Assembly: GCA_965662545.1 (NCBI GenBank)
Contig: CBFIHZ010000002.1
Span: 113,047 to 177,046 of the forward strand
From: an uncultured Rhodobacteraceae bacterium
GTDB taxonomy: Bacteria > Pseudomonadota > Alphaproteobacteria > Rhodobacterales > Rhodobacteraceae
Length of the DNA stretch: 64,000 nt
Reading direction: 5' to 3'
Position 1 is the stretch's first letter. Every line of letters begins with the position of its first letter. Below the pieces are notes generated by a model. That model saw nothing but the letters and a program-made list of their open reading frames with translations, had not been told where the DNA came from and did no database searches. Below are positions 1-10,086 of the stretch, one piece after another. The position numbers and the translations under genes were made by a program.

Positions 1-1068
1 CGGAATGTGCCGTGGCTGACTGCTGATCCGATTTCTTCGATAAACTTTACGCCAATTCATGCGTTGGACGGAACAATAACCCCCCAAGGCTGTGCTTTCG
101 AACGGCATCATTCCGGCGCGATTGAACTGCGCAAACAAGACTACCGTCTGATGGTAAATGGGCTTGTGGATCGACCTATTATTTTGACCTATGCAGATCT
201 GGAGCGCCTGCCGCGGGTCAATCATGTCTATTTTTGTGAATGTGCAGCTAACACTGGAATGGAATGGGCTGGTGCCCAGTTGAACGGCGCACAATTCACC
301 CATGGCATGATACATAATATGGAATACACGGGCGTACCTTTGCGCTTGGTGCTGCAACAAGCAGGTCTCGCCGCAGCAGAAGATCTGAGCAACAAATGGG
401 TCTTTGTCGAAGGTGCTGATGCCTCGTCTAACGGCCGCTCTATTCCCATGGAAAAGGCGCTGGATGATGTGATTGTTGCCTTCAAAGCCAATGGCGAGGC
501 TTTACGGAAAGAACACGGCTACCCCGTGCGTCTGGTTGTGCCTGGTTGGGAAGGTAACTTGTGGGTAAAATGGCTGCGTCGTATCGAAGTGACGGACCGG
601 TCAGTGGAAAGTCGGGAAGAGACGTCGAAATATACCGATGTGCTCGCCAATGGAATGGCCCGCAAGTGGACTTGGGTGATGGACGCAAAATCTGTAATTA
701 CCGCGCCAAGCCCACAATCGCCGATATCCCATGGACCGGGCCCACTGGTTGTCACGGGCCTTGCTTGGTCGGGACACGGGCGCATAACACGAGTTGATGT
801 TTCAAAAGATGGTGGCGTGTCCTGGGAGACCGCACGGCTGGGAACGCAGGGTCAGACAAAGGCGCTGACCCGGTTTTATCTGGATACACACTGGTCAGGC
901 GAGCCGATGATGCTGCAGGCAAGGGCGATTGATGAAACAGGGTATGTGCAGCCCACAAAAACTCAGCTGCGTGAGGTGCGTGGCGAGAATTCTGTGTATC
1001 ATAATAATTGCATTCAAACCTGGTATGTGAACGAACAGGGGATCGCGGAGAATGTCGAAGTTTCTTAA
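1..1068 (+). CDS. soxC: SoxC-type sulfane/sulfite dehydrogenase, molybdopterin subunit; 5' end cut by window edge
   Basis: Frame is open from nt 1, so the GTG at 7 is only the first start-like codon. Sulfite-oxidase-family strings FCECAANTG and HGYPVRLVVPGWEGNLWVKWLRRIEV. Followed by an overlapping dihaem cytochrome gene, as in soxCD. Confidence 0.85.
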   Translation, partial: RNVPWLTADPISSINFTPIHALDGTITPQGCAFERHHSGAIELRKQDYRLMVNGLVDRPIILTYADLERLPRVNHVYFCECAANTGMEWAGAQLNGAQFTHGMIHNMEYTGVPLRLVLQQAGLAAAEDLSNKWVFVEGADASSNGRSIPMEKALDDVIVAFKANGEALRKEHGYPVRLVVPGWEGNLWVKWLRRIEVTDRSVESREETSKYTDVLANGMARKWTWVMDAKSVITAPSPQSPISHGPGPLVVTGLAWSGHGRITRVDVSKDGGVSWETARLGTQGQTKALTRFYLDTHWSGEPMMLQARAIDETGYVQPTKTQLREVRGENSVYHNNCIQTWYVNEQGIAENVEVS

Positions 1069-2311
1069 TATATTACTGCCTGCACTGGGCGGCGCGGCGA
1101 TCGTTCTTGGTGTTGCCTTTGGGATGGCTTCACGGAATTACCAGTCTCAAGAAGTTGATGCTGTGCTGTCCAAAGCAGAGGCGGCAGAACAGCGCACAAA
1201 GGAGAAAGCCCTCGAGGTTGCCGAACTGACAGGCCGGCTAGATGACTTAGAAGGCAGCTTGACAGACCTTAGGCGCAGCATGGCGAATACTGGTGGGACA
1301 TCAGTGAATGTAACACAGGCCTCATTGCCAAAGGCAGACTATGGTCTGGGGCGCGTCGCGTTGCCACAGGAGATTGCCGCCTGGGATATCAATATCCATC
1401 CCGATGGTGCGGGGTTGCCAAAAGGGCGGGGCGACGCGCTTACCGGCGAGGAGGTGTTCGCAGAGAAATGTGCCTCTTGCCATGGCGATTTTGCTGAAGG
1501 CGTTGATAACTGGCCGGTTTTGGCGGGTGGATTTGACACGCTGACAGACAAGGACCCGGTGAAAACGGTCGGATCCTACTGGCCTTATCTATCAACGGTC
1601 TGGGATTACGTGCATCGTTCTATGCCGTTTGGCGGGGCACAAACCCTTAGCCATGATGAGGTCTATGCCATCGTTGCCTATATCCTTTATTCCAACGATC
1701 TGGTCGAAGAAGAATTTGAACTGACTAGCGAAAACTTTTTAGACGTTGAGATGTACAACGCAAATGGGTTTATAATTGATGATCGGGAGACAACAGAATA
1801 TATCAACTGGCGCATAGAACCCTGCATGGAGAACTGTAAAGCCAGCGTTGAGATCACGATGCGCGCCTCTGTCTTGGATGTGACCCCTGAGGAAGAAGAG
1901 AGTGCAGCGGCCAAAAACACTGCTACTGATACGGACCTTGAAAGCGTCAAGGTTGCAGCTGCGGTTTTGGAACAACAAGATGCCCTTATTGTGGACGGAG
2001 AGCGTGTTTTTAAAAAGTGCAAAGCCTGCCATCAAGTTGGGGAAAACGCTAAAAATAAGTCCGGACCGCACCTCAATAATTTAATGGGGCGCAGCCTTGG
2101 GGCAGTTGATGGCTTTAAATACTCTCGGGCGTTCGCTGAAGCCTCTCAGGAGGGACGGGTTTGGACCATTGACGAGCTTGCGGCGTTTCTGAAAAAACCC
2201 AAAGCTTATATCAAAGGGACGAAAATGTCTTTTGCAGGCCTCAAAAACGCCAATGATATTGATGCGATTATCGCTTATTTGGCTTCGTACAGCGAGCAGA
2301 GCGATGATTGA
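1052..2311 (+). CDS. soxD: SoxD-type dihaem cytochrome c partner of SoxC
   Basis: ATG 1052 is preceded by GGAGA and overlaps the soxC stop by 17 nt. N-terminal hydrophobic segment. Two CxxCH motifs (CASCH, CKACH). Confidence 0.75.
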   Translation: MSKFLNILLPALGGAAIVLGVAFGMASRNYQSQEVDAVLSKAEAAEQRTKEKALEVAELTGRLDDLEGSLTDLRRSMANTGGTSVNVTQASLPKADYGLGRVALPQEIAAWDINIHPDGAGLPKGRGDALTGEEVFAEKCASCHGDFAEGVDNWPVLAGGFDTLTDKDPVKTVGSYWPYLSTVWDYVHRSMPFGGAQTLSHDEVYAIVAYILYSNDLVEEEFELTSENFLDVEMYNANGFIIDDRETTEYINWRIEPCMENCKASVEITMRASVLDVTPEEEESAAAKNTATDTDLESVKVAAAVLEQQDALIVDGERVFKKCKACHQVGENAKNKSGPHLNNLMGRSLGAVDGFKYSRAFAEASQEGRVWTIDELAAFLKKPKAYIKGTKMSFAGLKNANDIDAIIAYLASYSEQSDD

Positions 2312-2993
2312 TAAGCTGCTAATATCCCTCGTATTTTCGATTGCCATTTGTGGATTTGATGTAGGAGCAACCGAAGTTGGAGATGTGTCCCGGGGCCTAA
2401 AAGTTTTTAAAAAATGTACAAGCTGCCACGCCATTAGTCCTGATGCGCGCAAGCGTGTTGGACCGGCTTTGATAAATATAGTGAACGCGCCCGCCGGTCA
2501 GGTGGGGGAGTATAAATATTCAAAAGCGCTGCGCGCGGCGGCGGCAAACGGGTTGCATTGGACGCCAGAGGCCCTCGACTTATTCCTGAAAAAACCGAAG
2601 GCATTCCTGCCAAAAACTAAAATGAGTTTTCGAGGTTTAAAAAAGCCGGCCGACCGCACCGATGTCATTGCTTATCTGGCAACGTTCTCGACCGTCGAAA
2701 CGGCCGCCAAGCCCGGTGCTGGCTTTGAAATTTCCGCAGATATTCTGTCAATAGCTGGTGACATTGAATACGGGGAATACCTTTCGAGCGAATGCACCAC
2801 CTGTCATCAAATGAACGGTGCAAGTGACGCTATCCCAAACATCACCGGATGGCCTGCGGATGATTTTGTCACAGCCATGCACGCCTATCGTGAGAAATAT
2901 AGATCCCACCCGGTGATGCAGATGATCAGTGGGCGTTTATCCAATGATGAGATTGCCGCTTTAGCGGCATATTACAGCAGTCTCAAAAAATGA
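2304..2993 (+). CDS. soxE: SoxE-type dihaem cytochrome c
   Basis: Two CxxCH motifs (CTSCH, CTTCH). The internal ATG at 2304 overlaps the soxD stop by 8 nt and gives a signal-peptide-like N-terminus, MIDKLLISLVFSIAICGF. The ORF-track start at 2232 lies inside soxD. Confidence 0.65.
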   Translation: MIDKLLISLVFSIAICGFDVGATEVGDVSRGLKVFKKCTSCHAISPDARKRVGPALINIVNAPAGQVGEYKYSKALRAAAANGLHWTPEALDLFLKKPKAFLPKTKMSFRGLKKPADRTDVIAYLATFSTVETAAKPGAGFEISADILSIAGDIEYGEYLSSECTTCHQMNGASDAIPNITGWPADDFVTAMHAYREKYRSHPVMQMISGRLSNDEIAALAAYYSSLKK

Positions 2994-3014
2994 GGCAAAT
3001 ACATGGAGGAAAGA

Positions 3015-4280
3015 ATGGCTTTAGATAGACGGAAATTTTTAGGAAACACGATTGCGGTTGCAGCAACACTTGCTGCTCCCATGGTTAAAGCTGGCAGTCA
3101 TGGAAAACCCCGCGTGGTTGTTGTCGGAGGCGGTGCGGGCGGTGCGACAGCAGCACGGTATTTGGCAAAAGACAGCAAAGGTGCTCTTGACGTCACATTG
3201 ATAGAACCAACACGCACATACTACACATGCTTTTTTTCGAACCTCTATCTTGGAGGCGTTAAGGATATCTCTGATATCGGGCATAGTTATGGCCGTCTTG
3301 CGGCCCGCGGTATAAACGTTGTTCATGACTGGGCGATTGGGGTTGATCGCGACACAAAGACGGTGTCACTTGCGGGTGGCGGCGCTGTTTCTTATGACAA
3401 ACTGATCCTGTCGCCGGGTATCGATTTTGTTGATGGCGCCGTGGACGGCTGGAGTTTGGAAACGCAGAATGCGATGCCACACGCTTATAAGGCGGGATCT
3501 CAGAGCGAGTTGTTAAAGGCTCAATTGACCGCTATGCCGCAGGGCGGTGTCTATGCGATGGTCGCGCCTCCCAATCCCTATCGTTGCCCACCCGGCCCCT
3601 ATGAGCGGGTTTCGATGGTGGCGCATTATTTAAAAGCCAATAACCCGACCGCCAAAATCATCATTGCAGATCCAAAGCCGAAGTTTTCTAAGATGGCACT
3701 TTTCCAAGAAGGCTGGGCAAACCACTATGATGGTATGATCGATTGGATCGGTTCCGAGTTCGGAGGTGATAACGTTTCGGTCGATGCGGCAGCGATGAAT
3801 ATCACCATCGACGGTGAAGTCACAAAAGTGGATGTCTGCAATGTAATCCCTGCAATGAAGGCGGGACGGATCGCCGAGCTTGCCGGTGTCACTGATGGGA
3901 ATTGGGCACCGGTACATGCGGCGAGTATGTCGAGTAAGGCTGACCCAGATGTTTATATCTTGGGGGATGCTTCCAGTCAGGGTGATATGCCAAAGTCTGG
4001 CTTTTCTGCGAACAGTCAGGCAAAAGTTTGTGCCAATGCGGTGCGTGGCGACTTGACCGGATCAAAAGTTTTTCCGGCGAAGTTCTCCAATACCTGCTGG
4101 TCGCTGATTGGTACGAATGATGGTGTCAAAGTCGGTGCCACGTATAAGGCAACGGCTGAAAAAATTGCCAAGGTCGATGGATTTATTTCCAAAACCGGGG
4201 AGAGTGCCGATATTCGCAAGGCCACTTATGAAGAGTCGGAAGGTTGGTACACAGGCATCACCACTGATATGTTCAGCTAA
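3015..4280 (+). CDS. soxF: SoxF / flavocytochrome c sulfide dehydrogenase flavoprotein subunit
   Basis: GGAGGA lies 5 nt upstream of ATG 3015. Twin-arginine motif DRRKFL. FAD dinucleotide fold VVVVGGGAGGATAARYL. Position directly after the soxE-like cytochrome. Confidence 0.85.
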   Translation: MALDRRKFLGNTIAVAATLAAPMVKAGSHGKPRVVVVGGGAGGATAARYLAKDSKGALDVTLIEPTRTYYTCFFSNLYLGGVKDISDIGHSYGRLAARGINVVHDWAIGVDRDTKTVSLAGGGAVSYDKLILSPGIDFVDGAVDGWSLETQNAMPHAYKAGSQSELLKAQLTAMPQGGVYAMVAPPNPYRCPPGPYERVSMVAHYLKANNPTAKIIIADPKPKFSKMALFQEGWANHYDGMIDWIGSEFGGDNVSVDAAAMNITIDGEVTKVDVCNVIPAMKAGRIAELAGVTDGNWAPVHAASMSSKADPDVYILGDASSQGDMPKSGFSANSQAKVCANAVRGDLTGSKVFPAKFSNTCWSLIGTNDGVKVGATYKATAEKIAKVDGFISKTGESADIRKATYEESEGWYTGITTDMFS

Positions 4281-4288
4281 TATTGTAA

Positions 4289-4316
4289 GACCGCGGAGGC
4301 GAGGGCCTCCGCGGTC
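4289..4316 (+). terminator. Perfect 12-bp stem hairpin after soxF (GACCGCGGAGGC gagg GCCTCCGCGGTC), no U-tract
   Basis: Read directly. Starts 9 nt after the soxF stop and lies upstream of hemA. Confidence 0.5.
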
Positions 4317-4372
4317 TGCGCAAAGAGCTTTGCCGGTAGCAATCCCAGCAAAGGAAAAGCAAAGGCAGATGT

Positions 4373-5587
4373 ATGGACTATCAGAGTTATTTTCGCGACG
4401 CACTTGACGCCCTGCGGGGAGAGGGCAACTATCGCCACTTTGCCCAGTTAGAACGCTGCCGGGGACAATTCCCGAAAGCAATTTGTCATAATGGCGGCGG
4501 TGAGGTCACAATCTGGTGTTCTAATGACTATCTCGGCATGGGTCAGCATCCTAAGGTCTTACAGGCGATGCATGCAGCACTAGACCGCGCCGGTGCTGGT
4601 GCCGGTGGGACACGGAATATCTCAGGAACCACCAATGATCACGCTATCCTGGAAGCCGAATTGGCAGATTTGCACGGCAAGGAAGCAGCGTTGTTGTTTA
4701 CCAGCGGATATGTCTCAAACTGGGCTGCACTCGGCACATTGGCGGCCCGCATTCCCAATGTGGCAGTGTTATCAGATTCCTTAAATCATGCATCCATGAT
4801 TGAGGGTATTCGCCACAGTCGCGCGCAAAAAATAATATGGAAACACAATGATACCAGTGATTTGGAGCTCAAACTTAAGGCGCTGCCCAAAGATCAGCCA
4901 AAGCTGATTGCCTTTGAGAGTGTCTATTCAATGGATGGAGATATTGCGCCAATTGCAGAAATTTGTGATCTGGCGGAGCGGTATGATGCGATGACCTATC
5001 TCGATGAAGTTCATGCGGTGGGTCTTTATGGTCCGCGCGGCGGTGGTATCGCTGAGCGCGAAGAGGTCATGGATCGGGTGACGGTGATCGAAGGCACGCT
5101 TGGAAAGGCGTTTGGGGTTCTTGGTGGTTATATCGCAGCATCTGATGAGTTGTGTGATTTCATCCGCTCTTTTGCCAGTGGCTTTATTTTCACCACCGCG
5201 TTGCCCCCAACGGTGGCAGCTGGGGCTGCCGCCTCGGTTCGTTATCTGAAATCCAGCAGCGACGAGCGTCATATACATCAAAACCGGGTGGCCAAAGTGC
5301 GTGCGCGGCTCACAGAAATTGGCCTGCCTCATCTGGACAATTCAAGTCACATCATTCCAATCATTGTGGGTGACCCGGTGAAGTGTAAATATATCTCGGA
5401 TTTGCTGCTTGCAGAGCACGCGATCTATATCCAACCGATCAATTACCCAACTGTTCCAAAAGGAACTGAAAGACTAAGGATCACACCGTCGCCCGTGCAT
5501 TCGGACAAAGACATTGATCAACTGATTGACGCTCTAGAGATGCTTTGGACGCAATGCAAATTGGCCAGAAGACCGGCTGCGGCCTGA
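4373..5587 (+). CDS. hemA: 5-aminolevulinate synthase
   Basis: 404 aa. N-terminus [23 protein letters not shown], then [31 protein letters not shown] and [17 protein letters not shown] closely track alphaproteobacterial ALAS. Confidence 0.93.
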   Translation: MDYQSYFRDALDALRGEGNYRHFAQLERCRGQFPKAICHNGGGEVTIWCSNDYLGMGQHPKVLQAMHAALDRAGAGAGGTRNISGTTNDHAILEAELADLHGKEAALLFTSGYVSNWAALGTLAARIPNVAVLSDSLNHASMIEGIRHSRAQKIIWKHNDTSDLELKLKALPKDQPKLIAFESVYSMDGDIAPIAEICDLAERYDAMTYLDEVHAVGLYGPRGGGIAEREEVMDRVTVIEGTLGKAFGVLGGYIAASDELCDFIRSFASGFIFTTALPPTVAAGAAASVRYLKSSSDERHIHQNRVAKVRARLTEIGLPHLDNSSHIIPIIVGDPVKCKYISDLLLAEHAIYIQPINYPTVPKGTERLRITPSPVHSDKDIDQLIDALEMLWTQCKLARRPAAA

Positions 5588-5667
5588 TAATCTGCATCTG
5601 TCTGGGCCCGCAACTTAGAAAAGCTTGCCTATGTCCCTTGTTTCTGGGGCGCTATTGACACTCACTG

Positions 5668-6618
5668 CTATTCAAATTCCATTTGTTCATACACGCGGCC
5701 TGCATTTCTCGTGGCTAATTCCTCGAATGTATCGAGATGCGCATAGGGAGTTTGATCCACATAATACGCCTCGGCAAGGTCTCCGCCTGCATCCAGATGG
5801 TCGGCAATTTTGTTCCGCAAATACACCAGATAATCTCTCGTATACCGGCGCACTTGGGCCATATTAGTGGGGTGTCCGTGGCCGGGAATGACATAGGTGG
5901 CCTGCAAATTTTCAAATGCGCTGTCCCAAGTCTCAATCCATTCAGCGGTCATCGTGTGCGCAAAGATGGGCAGCAGCCTTTCATGAAATGCCATGTCACC
6001 CGCAATCACAAGACTTTGCTTTGGCAACCAAACTGATACATCTCCAGGGCTATGCGCCGGACCCAGATATAAGACCTCAAGCCTGAATTGACCCATTTCG
6101 ACGATGTAATCGTGCTCGAATGTCTTGGTTGGTTTGACCAGAACGGTGCCGTCGGCTTTGCCGCGGTTATAGCGTTTCATCGCCTCAAGACTGTCTGATC
6201 CTCGCTGTTCAAATTCATGCACAGCATCGATATGTGCCAAGATCGGCACCTGCTGTTCGAACCAATAAGAATTTCCCAGCATGGCATGGCCCTGACCATT
6301 TTCATTGATCACCAGCTTGACAGGTTGATCCGTGATTAACTTTATTTCATCATGCAGCGCCTTGGCCAGAAGATAAGCAGCACCACCGTTGACCACCACG
6401 ACCCCATCGCCCGTTACAATAAAACTCAAGTTGTTGTTGTGACCTGTATTCTCATAGGTTGGCGGGGCGGTCGCCCCAATGGCAGACCAGACGCCCGGGA
6501 TAACTTCTACAGGTTTGGAATATAGCGCGGATCCAGGATATTGATCCGCTATATCCTCACTGGCGTATCCGGCGGGTGCAAAGGTCAGCGCCGCAATACT
6601 CAGCGCCCGCAACATCAC
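5668..6618 (-). CDS. Periplasmic metallo-beta-lactamase-fold hydrolase, SoxH-like
   Basis: Signal-peptide-like N-terminus MMLRALSIAALTFAPAGYA. MBL-fold-type His/Asp strings (NENGQGHAMLG, GPAHSPGD, PGHGHP). Size (316 aa) and position next to sox genes. Start overlaps the upstream gene's stop. Confidence 0.55.
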   Translation of the reverse strand: MMLRALSIAALTFAPAGYASEDIADQYPGSALYSKPVEVIPGVWSAIGATAPPTYENTGHNNNLSFIVTGDGVVVVNGGAAYLLAKALHDEIKLITDQPVKLVINENGQGHAMLGNSYWFEQQVPILAHIDAVHEFEQRGSDSLEAMKRYNRGKADGTVLVKPTKTFEHDYIVEMGQFRLEVLYLGPAHSPGDVSVWLPKQSLVIAGDMAFHERLLPIFAHTMTAEWIETWDSAFENLQATYVIPGHGHPTNMAQVRRYTRDYLVYLRNKIADHLDAGGDLAEAYYVDQTPYAHLDTFEELATRNAGRVYEQMEFE

Positions 6619-7529
6619 GCGTCTACCGGTATAAAACGGTAGCTTTCACCGGTCGCTTCGACGCGTCCGATCCCACCCCCGGGCAGATGAAACCCAAGCA
6701 GGATCATTTTTTCGGACACCAGCTGGTCCAATAGCCTTTTGCGCGTTTGAGCGGCTTGTTCTGGGTCTTGATCCGACCCATCATTCCACTGCGGTTTTTT
6801 AAAGGCCACATGGTGGTTTGAGACTGCATCTCCCGCGATCAACGCCGAAGTGTTGCCATGGGCAACCTGAAAGCTCATGTGGCCCGCTGTATGTCCCGGG
6901 GTGGCAAGCGCTGAGATCCCGGGCAATATTTCATCACCGTCATCAAAAAATACAACCCTTTCTTCAATGGCTTCAAGGCGTCTCTTGGCGCCCACAGCAA
7001 ACGACACACTGTCTTCGTCTATGGTGTTCACCGTCTCTGGATTCCACCAATAAGCCCATTCTGTCCGGCCGATCATGTAGGTCGCCTCGGTAAAAAGTGG
7101 ATCGTCGAAATCATCAAGCACCCCCCAGATATGGTCTGGGTGTGCATGGGTGAAAACGACATGTGTGATGTCTTCAGGGCTCAAATCAACAGCATCTAGG
7201 CTTTCAATCAGACTGCCAACCGTCGGTGTAAAGTCTGTACCGGATCCCGCGTCAAACAAAATTATATTCGTACCGTCTCGATAGAGAGAAATGTTGCATT
7301 CCCGATGTAACTGTTCATCAGACAGCTGGAATTCACGCAGAATTGGGCGTAATTCTTGTTTTGGCATTGGATCGAACACAAAGCTTCCCGGTAAGATAAG
7401 GTGCCCGTCGCTCACAGTTGTGAGAGTAGCGTCTCCAATGGCGATTTCGGCCAGCGCAAAGCGAGGCGCGGCCATTGCAACGGGCATACTTACGGCAGCT
7501 GACAGGACGGCACGGCGCGTAATTTGCAT
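6615..7529 (-). CDS. Tat-exported metallo-beta-lactamase-fold hydrolase, SoxG-like
   Basis: Tat-like N-terminus MQITRRAVLSAAV. Canonical HxHxDH motif (THAHPDHIWG). 304 aa. Coupled to the SoxH-like gene. Confidence 0.55.
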   Translation of the reverse strand: MQITRRAVLSAAVSMPVAMAAPRFALAEIAIGDATLTTVSDGHLILPGSFVFDPMPKQELRPILREFQLSDEQLHRECNISLYRDGTNIILFDAGSGTDFTPTVGSLIESLDAVDLSPEDITHVVFTHAHPDHIWGVLDDFDDPLFTEATYMIGRTEWAYWWNPETVNTIDEDSVSFAVGAKRRLEAIEERVVFFDDGDEILPGISALATPGHTAGHMSFQVAHGNTSALIAGDAVSNHHVAFKKPQWNDGSDQDPEQAAQTRKRLLDQLVSEKMILLGFHLPGGGIGRVEATGESYRFIPVDA

Positions 7530-8796
7530 CTCGTCTCCTATACATTCTATTATTGCAATATGAATTATTGTACGATCCGGGGCAAGGTTTTCTTTTTACA
7601 ATATTGCTTTGCTCTTGCCTGCAGTCTTGCACGTAACTGATATCAATCTTCGGTAGCGATCATGATGAAGGCTGGAGAGCTAAAACTCGCGGTTTGTCAA
7701 ACAGGCCTCTCTCATATTTATTAGTACAAGCGGCGGTGTGTGTGTATTTTAGTTTTATTTCACATGACAAGATGTTGATTATAATTGTCTTTACAGTTTT
7801 GAATTTGATTTTTCGCAAGCCATTTTTTGGGTGGCGCTGAAATCCACCTTACATCCCGTATATTGGATAATTAATACTGTGCTGTTTTCAGGGGTCACGC
7901 TACTGCACAAAGAACGCCGAATATTATCTGTTTTATGGCCGATTGTTGCCAAATCGCAGCGCTCGTTGGCGCATGGCGGGGATAGGGATGATGGCGTGGC
8001 AGGGCGCGAACTGTAAAGAGATGGACGCGGCATTTAAAAAATTAGAGCGTTCTCCGGGCATCGCCGCGCGATTAATCAGGTGAATTTTGCCAAAACTATG
8101 CATCTAAGTTGCTGATCCCTGTGATCCTAAATTCCAAAAGCTCGATAGGTTTTTCAAACTCTAAAAACCCCAAGTGTATAATTCGATGGTTGATTTGTTC
8201 GATCCCGTGATCAAATTTGGATGTATGACAACTTCACCTCATTGGCTTGGTTGATTGACAATGGCCCTCACAGTTTCGAATTGGCAACTGGCCAGTTCAA
8301 TGACTTGGGTTGGATGAACCCTGCCGCTGAATATTTTGAGAAACATACCGTTGTAAGTTAGGTTTGTGCGGCAGGCGTCATGTAGAAATGAGTTGCCGGT
8401 TAAACCCACAAAATATATCGCTTTTCATCTGAGCTACAGACTATATTTTGTTCGTAGGTTTAGGGTTTAAATATGAAAATTCTGAGTGCAAGCGGCTTTG
8501 AACACAAAGTGATTATCACGGGCACGCTGGCCTGGCGCATGATCGGTTCGGATCATAGAATAGCCTATATTTATTTATATTTTTTTGTTATCGTTTACTA
8601 CTGTGCCCAGAGTTTTCAGTCGGGTTTAAACAGTTGGCCTGCCGCTGCGTTGATGAATTACCGTATTGGGGCGACGAAGACGTGGTTCAATCTGCTAAAA
8701 ACTCGAAAGATATTTTTCTGTTATCTCACTTCCTGCAGTATCGGAGAGCGGCGTGTTTGGTGTAAGTTTGCCTGATCAGAACGAAGAGGTAAAAGT

Positions 8797-10086
8797 GTGA
8801 CGAAAAATTTTGTCCTTAACGAGACCTTTTCGGATCTTTATGAAGAGGTCGGCGGTGATCTGAAACTTAGTACAATTTTTGAGGCTGAGGAGCTTTTTAA
8901 AGAGCAGCAGGCCAGCGAAGGGTATTACGAATTCTATGATGCGTTGGATGTATTCAACGAATTAAAGCCTTCGGACACGCTGCGATATTCAATGGTTCGG
9001 CAAGTCAGAGAGCGTCTTGAACAGATTAAAGCAGTGATTCCCAATTATGACGAATGGGTTCTACCTCTGGTTTCCGAGCAGGTATTTGAACTTTATTTAG
9101 ACTATCAGGCCGGTCCTGAATCTCTGGCGCGTGTTGTTGAAATCGAAGAGTTGATTTCGCGCAAAAACAGATACAAAAGCCTTGGAAACCGTTTGTTTTC
9201 TGACACTGATAAGCCCGACAGATTGCAAAATATCAGTGAACATGTCGAGAGTGAATTGCTCGATAAAGATTTTTCTGATGAATGGAAAACCGCTTGGATC
9301 ACACGAGAAACTGCTGCTTATAAATCGTGGCTTAACAACGGTGAGAGTCGAAGGAAGACCGCACTTTATCTTTCAAATATGAGTGGAAAATCAGTTGAAG
9401 AGGAAAGAGCGGGCCTTGGACCCAGTCCTGCAGTTCAGGCGCTTTTGAATGATAAAGCAGTGCCTGGGCCAGAGTGGTGGTGTATTGTCACGATGGGTAA
9501 TATCGAGGATGCACTGGACGACCCGGACATTAAGGATGCCCTGATCGGGGTCAAATTTGCCACCACGTCATCAGTGGGTCGGAATTCGGCGCTGCATATG
9601 GCGTGTATGTACGCTGATTTTGAGGTTATGGATGCCTTGATTGACGCGGGTGCAGATGTGAACGAATGGAATTTTGATGGGACTACCCCCTTGCATTTTG
9701 TGGCGGCCTTGGAGGGCGCTTCTGAAGTTACAAGAGTAGAGCAAAAATTACAGGCTTTACTGAACGCGGGCGCAGAGATGAATCGCATCGATAATTGGGG
9801 GCAAACCCCTCTGCATTGGGCCTGTGCCCATTGGTACCACACGCGCGATCGGGCACCTCTGCATCTGAATGCTCAACAGGTTAAAAGTAAAATTCAACCG
9901 GCATTCATGCTCTTAAATGCCGGGGCAGACGCCAAAATTCGCAATAAAAGCGGTAAAACCGCATGGGATTTGGTTCAGGACGGAAAAAAGAAATTTCGTG
10001 CAGATGTGAAAAACGGTCTGGAGTGGATGGATCCCTATGAGGTGAGTGATTGCTATCAACTTTTATTAAAGGCTACCTTTGACTGA
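8797..10086 (+). CDS. Ankyrin-repeat protein with an unrecognised, acidic N-terminal domain of about 230 aa; no signal peptide
   Basis: GTG start 8 nt after GAGG. C-terminal half carries ANK-type repeats (GRNSALHMACMYADFEVMDALIDAGADVN, DGTTPLHFVAA, LLNAGAEMNRIDNWGQTPLHWAC, LLNAGADAKIRNKSGKTAWDL). Confidence 0.85.
   Translation: MTKNFVLNETFSDLYEEVGGDLKLSTIFEAEELFKEQQASEGYYEFYDALDVFNELKPSDTLRYSMVRQVRERLEQIKAVIPNYDEWVLPLVSEQVFELYLDYQAGPESLARVVEIEELISRKNRYKSLGNRLFSDTDKPDRLQNISEHVESELLDKDFSDEWKTAWITRETAAYKSWLNNGESRRKTALYLSNMSGKSVEEERAGLGPSPAVQALLNDKAVPGPEWWCIVTMGNIEDALDDPDIKDALIGVKFATTSSVGRNSALHMACMYADFEVMDALIDAGADVNEWNFDGTTPLHFVAALEGASEVTRVEQKLQALLNAGAEMNRIDNWGQTPLHWACAHWYHTRDRAPLHLNAQQVKSKIQPAFMLLNAGADAKIRNKSGKTAWDLVQDGKKKFRADVKNGLEWMDPYEVSDCYQLLLKATFD

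Noticed and set aside
8473-8775. 100-aa plus-strand ORF upstream of the ankyrin gene
   Set aside because: It has no Shine-Dalgarno-like sequence. The translation is dominated by Y/F/I runs coming from AT-rich DNA (IAYIYLYFFVIVYY), and no motif is present.
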